DNA from: Camelus dromedarius
Taxonomy: Eukaryota
DNA: 64,000 bases
Direction: 5' to 3'
Assembly: GCF_036321535.1 (NCBI RefSeq)
Contig: NC_087436.1
Coordinates: 95,854,001-95,918,000 of the forward strand
The position numbers were made by a program, and so were the translations under genes. Numbering within the stretch: position 1 is the first letter of the stretch; each line of letters begins with the position of its first letter. Below the pieces are notes generated by a model. The model searched no databases and had not been told where the DNA came from. It saw only the letters and a program-made list of their open reading frames with translations. Below, in pieces: positions 38,689 through 51,420 of this stretch.

Positions 38689-39819
38689 CGTGGGAAGAAA
38701 AGCAAGTCTATGATGGAAACCTGTAGACAAGCAACATTTAACAGTGGAGCCTACAGAGAAAGCGCGCTCCTGCCGAAGCCTCTGACTCACAGAAACCTCT
38801 GGAAATTAGCCTTTGTCAGGCTGGCAAACTCCGCTTTCCATCCTAACAAAAGCAAACCCTTTCTTCCTTCTGCTCCCTCTGCTGCCTTCCTTTTGCCAGA
38901 AGGCATTTGCATCCACTCTCAGGCCTAGGGGCACAAATGCTGCACAGGGAGCCTCTGGGAATAGATGGCAGTAGAAGTAACCACCTTCATCTCCTCCCTC
39001 CGAGTCTGTCCCTGTGCTGGTCAGGCCCGTGACTGACTGTCTTCATTCCCTCTAGTTCCCAGCCAGTTTCTTGGACTCACTTCTGGCTAACCTTTTCTTG
39101 GTCTTGGACCCACCCTGGGTCCGTGGGTTGTTAGCACGGCTTAATGGACATCTATCTGCCTCTGGCACAGGCTCAGGGACACCTTGCACTGTGATGTCCA
39201 TGCCCTTCTGACTCATCCTGAGTTTCTGGGCTTGCCTCTTGGATTTGTCTCCAGACCAACAGCTGTCCTGCCAGTTGACCTTTCCAGATTCCAATCAGTC
39301 TGGTTGCTCTTGCCTTCACACTCACACCCCTCCATCCCCTGGCCTCAGAATTCAGCCCATAACACTCTGGACACCTATTGCCAAAGTTTCTTGTGCACCA
39401 GCTTTCTCCTGCCGATCCAGGGGTCACTGTTCATGCAATACAAATTGACGCATGTACGTGTCTTCATTTACGCCAAACACACACAACACAGGCAGCACTC
39501 ATCTCTGACCTGGGACAACGCTGTTCAACAGGCCGTCTGGCTCCCCCACCTCCTAGGATCCCAAGATCCCAAGATCCCAAGGGCTGATCACACAGATCAC
39601 TCTCTGTCCAAAAGCCCTTCTTCCCAAATGAGCAGGACTATGCCCCTTTCCATGGCGCAGGCCCAGTCCCCACCCCCAAGGTACCCGGCCTGCCGCGATG
39701 AATACGATCAGCACGGAGGACAAGCTAGGACACATGCCTTTCTTTTCTTAAGTTTACTCACTGTTCAACATTTTGTACATTTTGGTCACAATGTTAGCTA
39801 CAAACATCTGTTGAAAGCT

Positions 39820-40010
39820 TATTAAATGGCAGACAATGTGCTAAATACTTAACATATTTATTTTGCTTCTCACAGCCAAAGAATAGTATTATTTTCCTCA
39901 CTTTACAAATGGTAAAACTTAGACTTTAAAAGTTCACATAATTGTCCAAGGAAACACAGCCAATATCAGTAGGGTTGTAAGTCTGCCTGATTTCAGAGCC
40001 CTTATTTTCT
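39820..40010 (-). mobile_element. MIR SINE
   Basis: CTCACTTTACAAATGGTAAAACTTAGACT...GTCCAAGGAAACACAGC...TCTGCCTGATTTCAGAGCCC. Confidence 0.65.
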
Positions 40011-40019
40011 ACTGTTCAG

Positions 40020-40276
40020 CTATACATGTGCATGTATAGATACATACGTGTGTGTATACATATAGGAGTATGTATATATACACACACAAACACATGTATA
40101 TATATGTATACACACGTATGTGGGTGTGTTGGCATATACATGTATGTATATGTGTGTATGCATAGGTAGGTATGTGTGCAGATGTATATATGTGTAGGCG
40201 TATATATGTATGTATGTGTATAGGTATGTGTGTATCTATGTGTGTGTTTGTGAGTATATATGTGTTTGTGTATATA
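40020..40276. repeat. Degenerate alternating purine-pyrimidine (TA/TG/CA)n microsatellite
   Basis: ~255 bp of mixed TA, TG and CA units. Confidence 0.92.
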
Positions 40277-40686
40277 GCTGTAGGTGTAAAAATTTTCAGA
40301 TCTCAGGTTAGAATGTAGGTAACATTGTGATTTAACCACCTGGTATCACACCTACTTTGATACAATATTCCAATAGAAGTTTTAAAACTCTTTTAAATTT
40401 GTTAAGTTTTAAGTTTATTAAGTAAACTGTTTTAAAATTATGTTCTATGTGAAAGTCATTTAGAAATTGCTTTGAGAGGGCAGGAAGCCAGGAACCTGGG
40501 TCCCAGCCCCAGCTCTGCCCGTGGCTGGCAGCACTCAGCTCCTCTGAGTCAAAGTTTCCTACTTGTAAAAGGAAGGAATTTGACTTGATGCCTTATCAGG
40601 GCCATTCCTGCTCAGGAGAGTTACAATGGCAAGTCAAATCCCTCTTAAAAGAAATAGCTTTATATTTAAAATAGATTTGCACTTTT

Positions 40687-40968
40687 AAATTTTAATTAAA
40701 TTTAATTAATTAATTAATTAATTGAAGTTAGTCAGTTACAATGTGTCAGATTGTGGTGTACAGCATAATGTCCCAGTCATGTGTGTGTGTGTGTGTGTGT
40801 GTATATACACATACATAAACATATATATATATGTATATACATATACATATATTCATTTTCATATTCTTTTTCATTAAAGATTATTACAAGATGTTGAGTA
40901 TAGTTCCCTGTGCTATACAGAAGAAATTTATTTTTTATCTATTTTTATATATAGTGGTTAACCTTTGC
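40687..40968 (-). mobile_element. Young lineage-specific LINE-1 3' end with internal (TG)n(TA)n
   Basis: Same family as 36329-36480. Perfect 16-bp TSD ATAGATTTGCACTTTT at 40671-40686 and 40969-40984. Confidence 0.93.
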
Positions 40969-41955
40969 ATAGATTTGCACTTTTGATTTTCTAGTGCCTT
41001 TTTCCACCCTGAAAGCCTTGTAAAATTATTTTTCCCAAATATCAATGAGAACAATAAAAGCTGATTTCATATGCCCTTCAGTCTAAGGAATGCATTAAAG
41101 CAGTTATGAAACATCACTGTTCTTAGTGTCCCACATCAACTAAAAGCTCAGAAATGAAAACGATTGTGTATTCTCTTTCCATTTAGTGGGCTAGACAATG
41201 CACCAGGAGAGGGATCAGTGGAGGGACCTGTCAGCTCTTTCTGTAAAGGACAAACTAAAAAGGCCCAGTCTTGACACTGCCTTTAAGAATAACTGGGAGT
41301 TAGGTTCCAGAGCCCTCACTGAAGATTCAGACTGTTTATTCTGGCAAAAGCCCACGAATGCAATATTTAGCTGCCACTGGGGAAAAAACCAATGACAGAT
41401 GAGTTTAAGATTTTCTCAGATGATTCCAAATTTGTTAGTCAAAATCCTACCAACTGAAGCTGATGGGGGAAGATGGGACAGACAGAACTTTTAGATCCAA
41501 TTCATCATTTCAAAAGTGTATTTCTTGATCCCACTCAGTTACTGTTATCAGGACAAAGTAAACTAGAGTTGAGGCACAGGCAAGGGTAGAAGTTATTTTA
41601 CATCAGAGAAGAAGTTTATACAACATCTGGTGTAAATGAGTTTGAGTAGCAAGGACCCAGTAGAGTGGAGAAAGGGTAAGAGGGTAATGAGGACAATAGG
41701 ACTTCATTCTCAGGAATTCGTGTGACAGCTGGAAATAAAATACATTAGTACCTATAGTGAAAATGGCATAAAGCAGGCAGATAAGAAATGGAAACAACCA
41801 TCATTATTCTTATATAAACTCAGTAGCACAGAGTCTCCTAAAGCATTCTTTCTCCGTACGAAGGGAAGACTGCTCAAAGTATAACTCAGTATGATTTTTT
41901 CTACCATCGTTAGAGGGAGTTTTTATCTTGTGAATGTGCCTTTTCATCACTCTTA

Positions 41956-42534
41956 CAGGCACACCTCCGAGCCATTGTGGGTTCTGTTCCAGACCAGCGT
42001 GAGAAAGTGAGTATGACAATAAAGGCAAGTTATACAAGTTTTTTGGTTTCCCAGTGCACATAAGTTATGCTTACACTATACTGAGGGTCTGTTAAGTGTG
42101 CAATAGCATTATATCTAAAAAAAAGTCCATATTTTAATTTAAAAATACTTTATTGCTAAAAAAAAATGCTAACAGTCATCTGAGCCTTCAGCAAATCATA
42201 GTAGTAACATCAAAGATCACCAGTCACAGATCACCATAACAAAAATAATAATAATGAAAAAGTTTGAAATATTGTGAGAATGTTTTTACACCTACAGCTA
42301 TACACACCACCATATATATACCCACAAACACAAACATAGACACAGATACCTAAACATACACACACATACACCAAAACATGACACAATGACACAAATGAGC
42401 AAATGCTGTTGGAAAAATGGCGCTGACAAACTTGCTCAGCATGGAGCTGCCATAACCCTTGAATTTGTAAAAAAAAAATATGCAACATCTACAAAGTGCA
42501 GTAAAATGAAGTATAGAAAAATAAGGTATGCTTT
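41956..42534 (-). mobile_element. Internally deleted Tigger1 DNA transposon
   Basis: TA|CAGGCACACCTCCGAG...GTTCCAGACC at one end and AAATGCTGTTGGAAAAATGGCGC...AGGTATGC at the other. Confidence 0.88.
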
Positions 42535-42986
42535 TGTTTAAATAATTTATAATTATTGATTTATTTTACTATCTGGCAAATAAATAATCCTTTAGAAAAA
42601 CAAATATATGTTTTGTATTTATTTCATTCAGTATCAAATCTTCAGATTACTAAAGCAAATTTGCTTAAAAGTGTTACCTATCCTTCTAGAAACCTGTAAC
42701 CACAGAGCTCAGAATTTAAGGAAAAGTTTAATAACTTAATTAGCTTATCCTATCTTTAAAAAGTTTACTTCTTCCAAATTTCTTATTACTAAGTTTAAAT
42801 AATTGTTATTTAGTATTTTATTTTATTTTGAGTCAGGTATGATTCCAATAAATGATTTTATTTAAATTTATCTGAGTAATAAAGGTAAAGCACAAAAAGG
42901 GAGCAATACAAAATGTGGTTGAATTTGTTGAGCTCAAGAATATCTATGCTCTTTGTTGTTACCAATGTTCATGCTACATCAACACA

Positions 42987-43319
42987 TAGGTCTGCCTTCT
43001 AAATAGTAGGGGATTGGTTCCAGGACCCCTCTCTGATACCAAATTCATAGATGCTCAAGTCCCTTATATAAAATGGTTTAGTATTTGCATATAGCCTACA
43101 TACATCCTCCCATATACTTTAAACCATCTTTAGATTACTCATAATAACTAATACAATGTAAATGCTGTGTAAATAGTTGCCAGTGAAATTCAAAAAAAGT
43201 TTGCTGCATGACAAATTCAAGTTTTGCTTTTTGGAACCTTCTGGAATTTTTTCCCCAAATACTTTCAATTCACGGTTGAATCCACGGATGTGGAACCCAC
43301 GGACATGAAGAGCCCACTG
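42987..43319. mobile_element. MER2-like (TcMar-Tigger) element
   Basis: GGATTGGTTCCAGGACCCC...GATGCTCAAGTCCCTTATATAAAATGG...GGTTGAATCCACGGATGTGGAACCCACGGA. Confidence 0.88.
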
Positions 43320-43761
43320 TTTTATGAGAAAAACAGTCTCTTGTCTAACAGCTCAGTGGATCTGAGCTTACAACCAAACACTGTTAGCCATCTCAGAATG
43401 ATTTACATTAATGGAAGAAAAACACGGAAGACAGGTAAATTCAGAGACTTCGCTCAATTCTCCTTCAAAGCCTTCTTGTCTGAACCCTGAACAAACTGTC
43501 GGTGAGCACCGAAATCGGCTGATGTGAGAATTCTTCTTTCTCCCCTTACTCAGTAAAAGACTGTGTGAAGAAACGAAGACACAGTGAGAGTCAGCGGATG
43601 GTTATCCCCACCGAGTAACCGCGTGCTGGTGACTGGGCACAGCCAGGTCCACGGTGCTTGTCATTAAGGGATTCTGCCCTTACCTGTGAGAAGGCTTGGT
43701 CAGGACCAATTCTTTGGTCCTAATGGTTAGTTCCATTTCTTCAGCATTTCTAACACCTTAT

Positions 43762-44145
43762 TTTTTTCCCCTCCACATTTTAACAGCTTTACTGAGGTAC
43801 AAATGACCTATAATAATCTGCATATATTTAAATAGCATAATTTGATAAATTTGACATTTGTATACACCTGCAAAATCATGACCATGATTAAGATAATAAA
43901 GATCTCCATCACCCCCAAAAGTTTTATCACGTCCTTTGTAAATTCTTCTTCCTGCTCCTACCCAGCCCCATTCCCAGGCAATCACTGAGCTCCTTTCTGT
44001 TACTATAGGATAGTTTCCACTTTCTAGAATTATATATAAATGGAGTCATATGGTAGACAGTATATCCTCTTTTGAGTAGCCTGCTTGGTGTAATGATTTT
44101 GAGATCCATTTGCTGCTTATATCGATAGTTCGCTCCTTTTTTCAT
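43762..44145 (-). mobile_element. LINE-1 3'UTR fragment (L1MC/L1ME-like)
   Basis: TTTAACAGCTTTACTGAGGTACAAATGAC...TTTCTAGAATTATATATAAATGGAGTCATA. Confidence 0.82.
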
Positions 44146-44529
44146 ATTTTCCCAGCTCCCCTTACTCCACTCCAGTTCCACTTTCGTTTCTCTTCTTTTC
44201 CTTTCTCTCTAAGAGATTTTGGTACACATCCCCAGAAGGTCAGTTAATACCATTTAATTGAATACAGTAGACTCATGGACTCATTTCTTGTGAGAGAGGA
44301 CGAGAGAAGACTTTTCCTTCCTGAATTCCTATGCAAGTCAAGATCCTATTCAGACTTTAAAGTTGATGTAAGCAGTTAAATCTTCATCTGTACCTTATGC
44401 CAAAGATGTTATCGTCTACACACTATGACAGTATCATCTTCCCTTTTCACGTTGACTGCCAGAAAGCTGGAAGCCAAATTTACCCACCTGCAGCAAGGAA
44501 ATAGGTCAGTGCTTCTAGAATACAGTCCT

Positions 44530-44670
44530 AACCACTGCCTCAGAACCCCAAGGGGGACGTGTTAACAACGTGGGTGTCAGAGTTCCTAGGGCGAGGCCAA
44601 GGAACCTGAATTTTAAACAAATACTCTCACGGTGAGGCCAAAAATACATGCTAAACTTTGAAACCACTGG
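44530..44670. mobile_element. MER5-like MITE fragment
   Basis: CCAAGGAACCTGAATTTTAAACAAATACTC...ATGCTAAACTTTGAAACCACTG. Confidence 0.55.
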
Positions 44671-45967
44671 TGTGCTGTTACATGACACAGGTGTAATGCT
44701 GCATGATACTGCATTTTAGCTTTCTCATCTGACTCAATATGATGTCCTTTTCATTGTGTTTCTTTCCTCTGTCATCCAATTTTTAATCCATAGACTATTG
44801 TTGTATTTTGTGTGTACATATAAATTACCCATGATCACTTCTGTATCAAGAGCTGGACTGATAGATAAACAGACAAAAGCTAGACTAGATATACAGAAGG
44901 AAAAAGTGTCTCTGGTACCCCTTAACTACAGATACCACCAGTCACTTATGAAATCATCAAAAAGAGATTAGAAAGATACAAATTACTGGATATGATTTTA
45001 TGTTTTACATTAAGCCATCTTACAGTTTCATCACAACAAATTTAAAGCACCAACAGATAGAGGAAGGTGTTGATAGGCTCAGACCAGCAGTCCAGAAAGA
45101 AATTCTTTGTTTCCTGCCCACAGCTCCTAAACCCAGCCTCGAGAGCCTTCAGGAAGGGCTCATGGTGCTTCAGATAATCCTGCCTACAGTTCATATGACC
45201 TTGAATTTCTAGAAGTTACTTGTTAAAAATAACTACTATAGTGTAAAAAGGGAAATTAACTGGCCATCATCAATTTCTCAAAGGTGTGATGACATCCTTT
45301 TCTGCAACAGAAAAGACTGCAATAGCAGAAAGTTGAATTTCTTCTATTTCAGCTCAGATCCTGCCCACCCCCTCCGCTCCCCACCACCACCCTGCCCCAC
45401 AGTGGAGCCTGTGGCATTCCTGACCACAGCAGCCAGGCGTCACTCCTGTGCCAAAAAAAAAGAGCCTAGAAGAAAGCTGGCACAGGTTGGCTGTTTACTG
45501 TGCACAGACAAGCTGCAAAATCAAGTTCTAAAGTTTACCCACTGCACGGGCTGGCTGGCTTATGCAGTGAGGAAGAGAGAGCGTAGAATCCAAACAAACT
45601 GTGCAAGAAGCAAAGCAGAGCAGAGGATCCTGTCACAGGGATTAAGAAAGAGTAACAGAAACAGAGACTCAACAATCAGATGCAAAAGGAAGGAGATCAA
45701 GGTTCTACTTGTTACGCTTACTTTGACTCTGACAAATACAGCCCAGCTGAGAAGGAAAACTCCCAGGGTAATTCAACTATCAGAAGTTCGCAAAACAAAC
45801 ACAAAACACCACTCGGCTTTAAAACATTTAAATATTTGGTATTTGTCATTGTTGGATTTAATCACAATTAGCTTGGTCGAAGCATTAAAAAGGAACACTA
45901 CATTATAGAAATGCATACCTAAATTTTGTCTGGCTTCCAAAAGATAATCATTCAGTATTTTTTCATG

Positions 45968-46150
45968 TAATAGCTAACATTTACATGCCTTACTATATGC
46001 CGGGTCCTGTTCTAAGCACTTCACACATATTAACTCATTTCATCCTTATGACAACCCAAGGACAGTGGTATTATTATTGTTCCCATTTTACAGATGAGGA
46101 AACTGAGGCACAGAGCGATTCAGTACCTTTTCCAAGGTCCTTCAGCTCTA
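45968..46150 (-). mobile_element. MIR SINE
   Basis: TAGCTAACATTTAC...CCCATTTTACAGATGAGGAAACTGAGGCACAGAG. Confidence 0.85.
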
Positions 46151-48200
46151 GACCACAGCTTTGTATCACATCTGCCATACACATAGCAATCAGTACTCTT
46201 TTTGTGAATGGGCAATAATAACCTGAATTTCATCGTACCCACATTTTTGAGGGTGAATTAACTAGACAAAACAAGGATCTGTATTTAAGCAGCTTAACTT
46301 GCCTCTGTATCCCAGATTTCCACAAAATTACATTTCATCTGCACAATGTTGCAAAGATTTTTCTAAAATGAAAAATTCATCCACCACATCCAAGACAATT
46401 GCTGTTTTTGCCCTTATACAAATATCACTGTGGTAAAGCAAAAACTAAGGATGCTGGAGCCATGGATCTGGGCTCCCCAGGTCAAGGAAAATCGGAGTTT
46501 AATAGCAATAGTTATAAGAGAGCGATGCTTCAGCAGTGGCTGAATAGAGGGAAAGGCTTGAGACCAAGCAGCCCTGGCAAGTTTGAGAACAAAAACCCAA
46601 AGAAGAAATAGAATCTGTTTCAGCAGAAGGAGAGAGGGCTTTAGGTTCAAATGAAAACCTGAATTAGAAACGAGAGTTTTAGATGGGGCCATAGTTCTGA
46701 AAGACCTTGCTGACATGTCTGTGACTACCTGAGCAGTGCTCGTCTGGATAGCTGTGAATTCAGTAATTACATAGTGATATTTCAAGCACCTGTAGACAAA
46801 ACAACTGTCAATAAATTCAGCTGAGATTTAGAGGATTTTGTTAAATGTTCTAGTCTCTAAAAGACAGAGCTGGTGGTGGCTGTGGCCAAGGAGAAGGCGG
46901 AAAGAAGGTGGCTTCCCGTGGGGACTAGACTTGTCAATAGCAAGAGCTCAGTAAATAAACACATGTTTGATTGAGGACCACGGCACCAGGGCTCAGCTAG
47001 AAATGGGGCTACATCACCTAGCTCTGGAATCTCTACAGCCTCCGCATCCCCAGAGAGGGACGAGCCTCAGAAAGACAGAACCAGGACCATTCTATAGTGT
47101 TTTAGGTGTTGTTCCCTGAACAAGGATGCCTGGCCAAGGAAGCAGGTGAAAACGTCTTCAGCACTGTTCCACTGGCCCCACTGTAGGCGGGCCTGCCTCC
47201 TGCCAGAGGAAGGAAGGGGTGCCTGGCTCTAATTTGGACAAAGGTGCCAGATGGCTGTAGCAGCCCTGAAGAGCAATGCTAAAACAATAAGGAGCCACAG
47301 CAGCCTGACCTACAGGGATGGGAGGCTGAGAGGACTCCACGGAGGCACAAAGGGAGGGGATCTGGGGTTTACTGCTAGAATTCACTGTCTTCTCTAGGGA
47401 GGTCACCCTGGATGCTTCCCTCACATGGAACCTTTCTTCCAAAGCACACACATTCCTTCCACAGAATTAAAGTTAATGCTGCCAGATTATGGAGCATTTC
47501 CTTCTAATGATGATGGATAATCATAGAGCCATCGCAGGGCACCATCTGGCAAATTCTGTATGATGAATGCCCTCCAAATAGGAAGACATAAATCCACAGT
47601 AACAAAGTTGAGTCATTTAAACATATTAGAGGTAGCTGGGGGCAGGGGGCATCCAGGGACAAATTTCTCCTTTTTGTTTTACAGAGTAAATTGATAACGA
47701 ACTCCTTTGATCTTTTCTAATAGAGGATAATATAGCATGTCATTAATTTATTTTAAACTTTCATTTAAAACAATTATCTCTAAATGGCTTGATTATAGGG
47801 TGGTTTCTGTTTTCCTTGCTTTATGTTTCTATTTTTTGCCCAAAATTGTCTGTAATGGTTATGTGTCATTTTTATAACCAGAAGGAATATGTAATTTTTT
47901 TTTTCGTAGCTTGTTTCCCTGTTCCCGCCACTTCCAGGCAGGATTGGATTCATGCAGGAAAGCAACCCTGAAAGAGACTGGTCTCCAGCTGGTGGAGAAT
48001 AAAGCTCAGCGGTGTAAAGGGAGAAGATAAGATGCCAGGTGTGAAAACCGGGCCAGGCTCCACCCAGGACGGGCTTCACAAAACAGATTGTACCTCCTCC
48101 CAATTCACCAATAGCACTCCAGGTGTGAGGAACGCGTGACCATGTACTCCGGCATTTGGCCCAGCGCCTTACACACAGTATTTACTCCACTTGTGTTTCT

Positions 48201-48357
48201 CTTTATTTGTTTATTTTGGGGTGGCGGGGGGTTTTGGGGGGCAGAATTAGGTTTGTTTGTTCATTTATTTATTTTTATTTAATGGAGGTACTGGGGATCA
48301 AACCAATGACCGGTGCGTGCTAAGCATGCACCCTACCACTGAGCCATACCCTCTCCC
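48201..48357 (-). mobile_element. vic-1-type SINE
   Basis: Antisense copy. TSD CTCCACTTGTGTTTCT (48185-48200) / CTCCACATGCGTTTCT (48357-48372). Confidence 0.92.
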
Positions 48358-48399
48358 TCCACATGCGTTTCTTGAAGGGCCTGAGGGATGATTTGATAG

Positions 48400-48622
48400 T
48401 GGCCTCAGTATTCTGACTAAGAGAATGGCCTCTGGAGTCCAACAGGGATTGACTGTTCATGGAAAAGGATGTGTCCTTGGTCATGCTAACTTCTCTGAGC
48501 CTCAGATTCCTTAACTGTAAAGTACGAATAATAATACTGCCTCCTAAAGTTGTTGTGTATGTTAGACAAAATAATGAGCATAAAATGCATACAGCACGAT
48601 GCCTGACACACACGAAGTGCTG
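48400..48622 (+). mobile_element. MIR SINE, interrupted at its 3' end by L1
   Basis: GCCTCTGGAGTCC...AACTTCTCTGAGCCTCAGATTCCTTAACTGTAAAG. Confidence 0.75.
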
Positions 48623-48624
48623 GG

Positions 48625-49162
48625 CTGATCCAGTGAGTCCACCTCTGGGTCTACTGCCCAAAGAACTGAAATCAGGGATTCAAAGGGATACCTGCATATC
48701 AATGTTCACAGCAGCATTACTCACAGTAGTCAAAAGGTGGAAAGAGTCCAAATCTGTATCACCAGATGCATGGATAAACAAAACACGGGATAAACAGACA
48801 ATATTATTCAGCCTTCAGAAGGAAAGAAATTCTGATACGTGCTACAACATAGACAAACCTTGAAAAAACTATGCTAAGTGAAATAAGTTAGATATAAAAG
48901 AAAAATATTACATGATTCCATTTATATGAGATACCTAGAATAGGCAAATTCATACAGAAAAGAGAATGGAAGCTACCAGGGAGAGGGAGAAATTGGGAAT
49001 TATTTTTCATGGGTACAGAGTTTGTTTGGGATGAGGAAAAAGTCCTGGAAATGAACAATGGTGATAGTTTCACAACATAGTAGATGTACTTAATGCCACT
49101 GATTTGTACAGCTAATATTGGTTAAAACGGTGACTCATGTATATTTTATCACAATAAAAAAA
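48625..49162 (+). mobile_element. LINE-1 3'UTR fragment (L1MB-like)
   Basis: ATGTTCACAGCAGCATTACTCACAGTAGTCAAAAGGTGG...GTACTTAATGCCACTGA...TATCACAATAAAAAAA. AAGTGCTGGG flanks both sides (48615 and 49162) as a probable TSD. Confidence 0.9.
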
Positions 49163-49399
49163 AGTGCTGGGTTAAGGGTAGGAATTTCTTCTGTCATTAT
49201 TAATAATAGCGATAATCAATTCACACAAAGCGCAGGCAGCTCATAAACTCAACCCATGAGAGGGTTTGGGGAGGGGCTACAGAGAAGGAATGGCTGATGG
49301 GACCGGAACCAGCATTGCACTGCAAACTTGAAGAAGCCCAGAGTAAGAGGACTGGTCTGAAGCAAATCCTAGAGAATTTGAGGATTAAACTTAGTGAGT

Positions 49400-49870
49400 C
49401 AAATCAAGACATAGGGGGAAAAAATAGAGCTACAAAAAAGGAAAATATTCGTTAAGGCTCTTGTGGTTGCAGCTACCACTCAAGAGGATCAAACATGGGG
49501 ACTTTACTGGCTTGCGCACCTGACGGTGCTGGGAGAGCTCCAGCTCCAGGCAGGCTGGATCCCACGAGCAGGTGATATCACCAGGACCCAGCAACCCATC
49601 CATCACGGTGCTGCTTCCACGTTGGCTTCATCCTCCCAGGCTCTTTCCAGGCAGGGGCCAAGTGGTCCCCAGCAGCCCCAGCAGAGATTCTTTTTCCAGG
49701 ACTGATTCTGATTTGCCTGACTTGGATCACAAACCCTTCCCTGAACCAATTACTGAGGCCAAGGTAACATGCTAATGAGCCATAAGTCATTCCCAGTGGA
49801 CCATACGGAGGGGCGGATGACAGATTAAGAATAGATGCTGCTCTGGCAAAAAGAACGAATGTCTACCAAC
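49400..49870 (-). mobile_element. Old MaLR LTR (MLT1K/L-like)
   Basis: GGCTCTTGTGGTTGCAG...CTTGGATCACAAACCCTTCCCTGAACCAATTACTGAGGCCA. Confidence 0.65.
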
Positions 49871-50599
49871 AGGGGACAAGAGTAGGAACAAAGTGAGGGA
49901 GTCTTAGGCAATAACCACAGAGGAGGCTGGAGGATCTGTGGTTTGGTTTTATTGCTTACCAGCAATTAGCACACGGATGAGTCAGGAGGCTTAAAGGTAC
50001 AGGATCTTATTTGGCTATGGGCCAAAGCTCCTCCTGTACTGAGTTCCAGCAGGGTTGCCTGAACCTCACCGACATCCCCCATTGTAATCAGAGTCGTGCA
50101 GTGAAAATCAGGAGATTGGTTTCTAGTGCCAGGACCCACTAAACAGCAATGAAATTGACCTAAGACGTAAGGCTCTCTGAGCCACAGTTTCCTTGTCACC
50201 AAAAGAGGGGTTGAATTCCAAGGCATCTGGAACCCTGTGTGTCTGAATCTCAATCCTAAACAACTATAATTCAGTTAATGAGTGGGTGAGCAGATTATAT
50301 ATACCGTGATAAATGTGAAAGCATTTTGTAAATTACAAAGAGGCATGGAAATTAGTTGTGGTTATTGTTTTTAAGGTCGAAAGGTAGGTAAGGTAAAAAA
50401 CAAAAAGTGGATGGGCTTGAGTAGAGATAAACAGGAAAAGGAAATAAAAGTAGGCCAGGCAGAATGAAAATTTTATAATCTATAGCTATCTAGATGTATA
50501 CATACATGTAATATATTCCCTGTCCCCTCCCCTCCCAGGTTGAGTTAGAAGTCACAATGGCACCTCCATGTCTTTGCCTTCCCCTCCCTCTTCACCAAC

Positions 50600-51420
50600 A
50601 TCTCGCATCCGCCCCCTGCTACTCCAGTGACACTCCCAGGGCCATCAGTGACCACCCACGGGGCCAACTGCAGGGAAATTTTACAGCTAGTATCTTTACT
50701 TCATTCCTGCTCTCGACACTGCTGTCCTTGTCTTCATTCTTGAAACTCCCTAAGCCTTAGTTCTGGGGACACCGCTGCCTCCTGGGTCTTCTCTTATCTT
50801 AATATTCATTTTTGGACTCCCCTTTCCCTACCCACCTCCTAAAATACTCAGGTCTCCAAGTGCTCCTTTCTCCTTGCATAGTGCCAACCACCCTCATAGT
50901 TCTGACTACCATGTACCTGCCCCACCGTGTATCTCTGGCCCTGACCACTCTTCGGAGCTTCAGCCCACAGGATGTCACTCAAACCACTCCTCAACCCCAC
51001 AAGCCCCAAATGGAAGTCCCCAGCTCCCCTCCCTCAAGTCCTCTCCCCTATTCCTCATCTCAGGCAGCCACTAAGGTCAGAAGCCCACTCACTCATTCTC
51101 CCACCCTCTTGGCCATGCCTCACCGCACACTTTTCATGGCTCTCAGCCTTGTCTCTTTACTTGGTTCTTTCTCATTCTTCCTCCAAAAATCAGCTCACCC
51201 ATCGTCTTCTCCTACATGGCTTTCCGGAACCCCCAGGGGGACAAGCCTTCACCTAATGCCCAAAGCATAACTGTACTTCTTTACCTCTTACCAGATAATA
51301 CTGAAGCATCAGTCTAGGACTGCTCTCCAAACTCCTGCCCACCCTCACAGCCCCCTAAGATCCTCCAAGGCCTGGGCTGTTCGATGGTTTTGTATCCCTT
51401 ATGCCTGGTGCAGTGTTCAG
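50600..51420 (+). mobile_element. Degenerate LINE-2 fragments
   Basis: Pyrimidine-rich L2-like motifs: GCCATCAGTGACCACC, CTTGAAACTCCCT, CCTCCTGGGTCTTCTCTTATCT. Confidence 0.5.

Noticed and set aside
39184..39825. Longest ORF in the window (213 aa), containing (GATCCCAA)x3
   Set aside because: Non-ATG start, no recognisable domain, no convincing splice boundaries. Consistent with chance.
45333..45908. 191-aa plus-strand ORF
   Set aside because: Non-ATG start, runs through an A9 tract, no recognisable homology.
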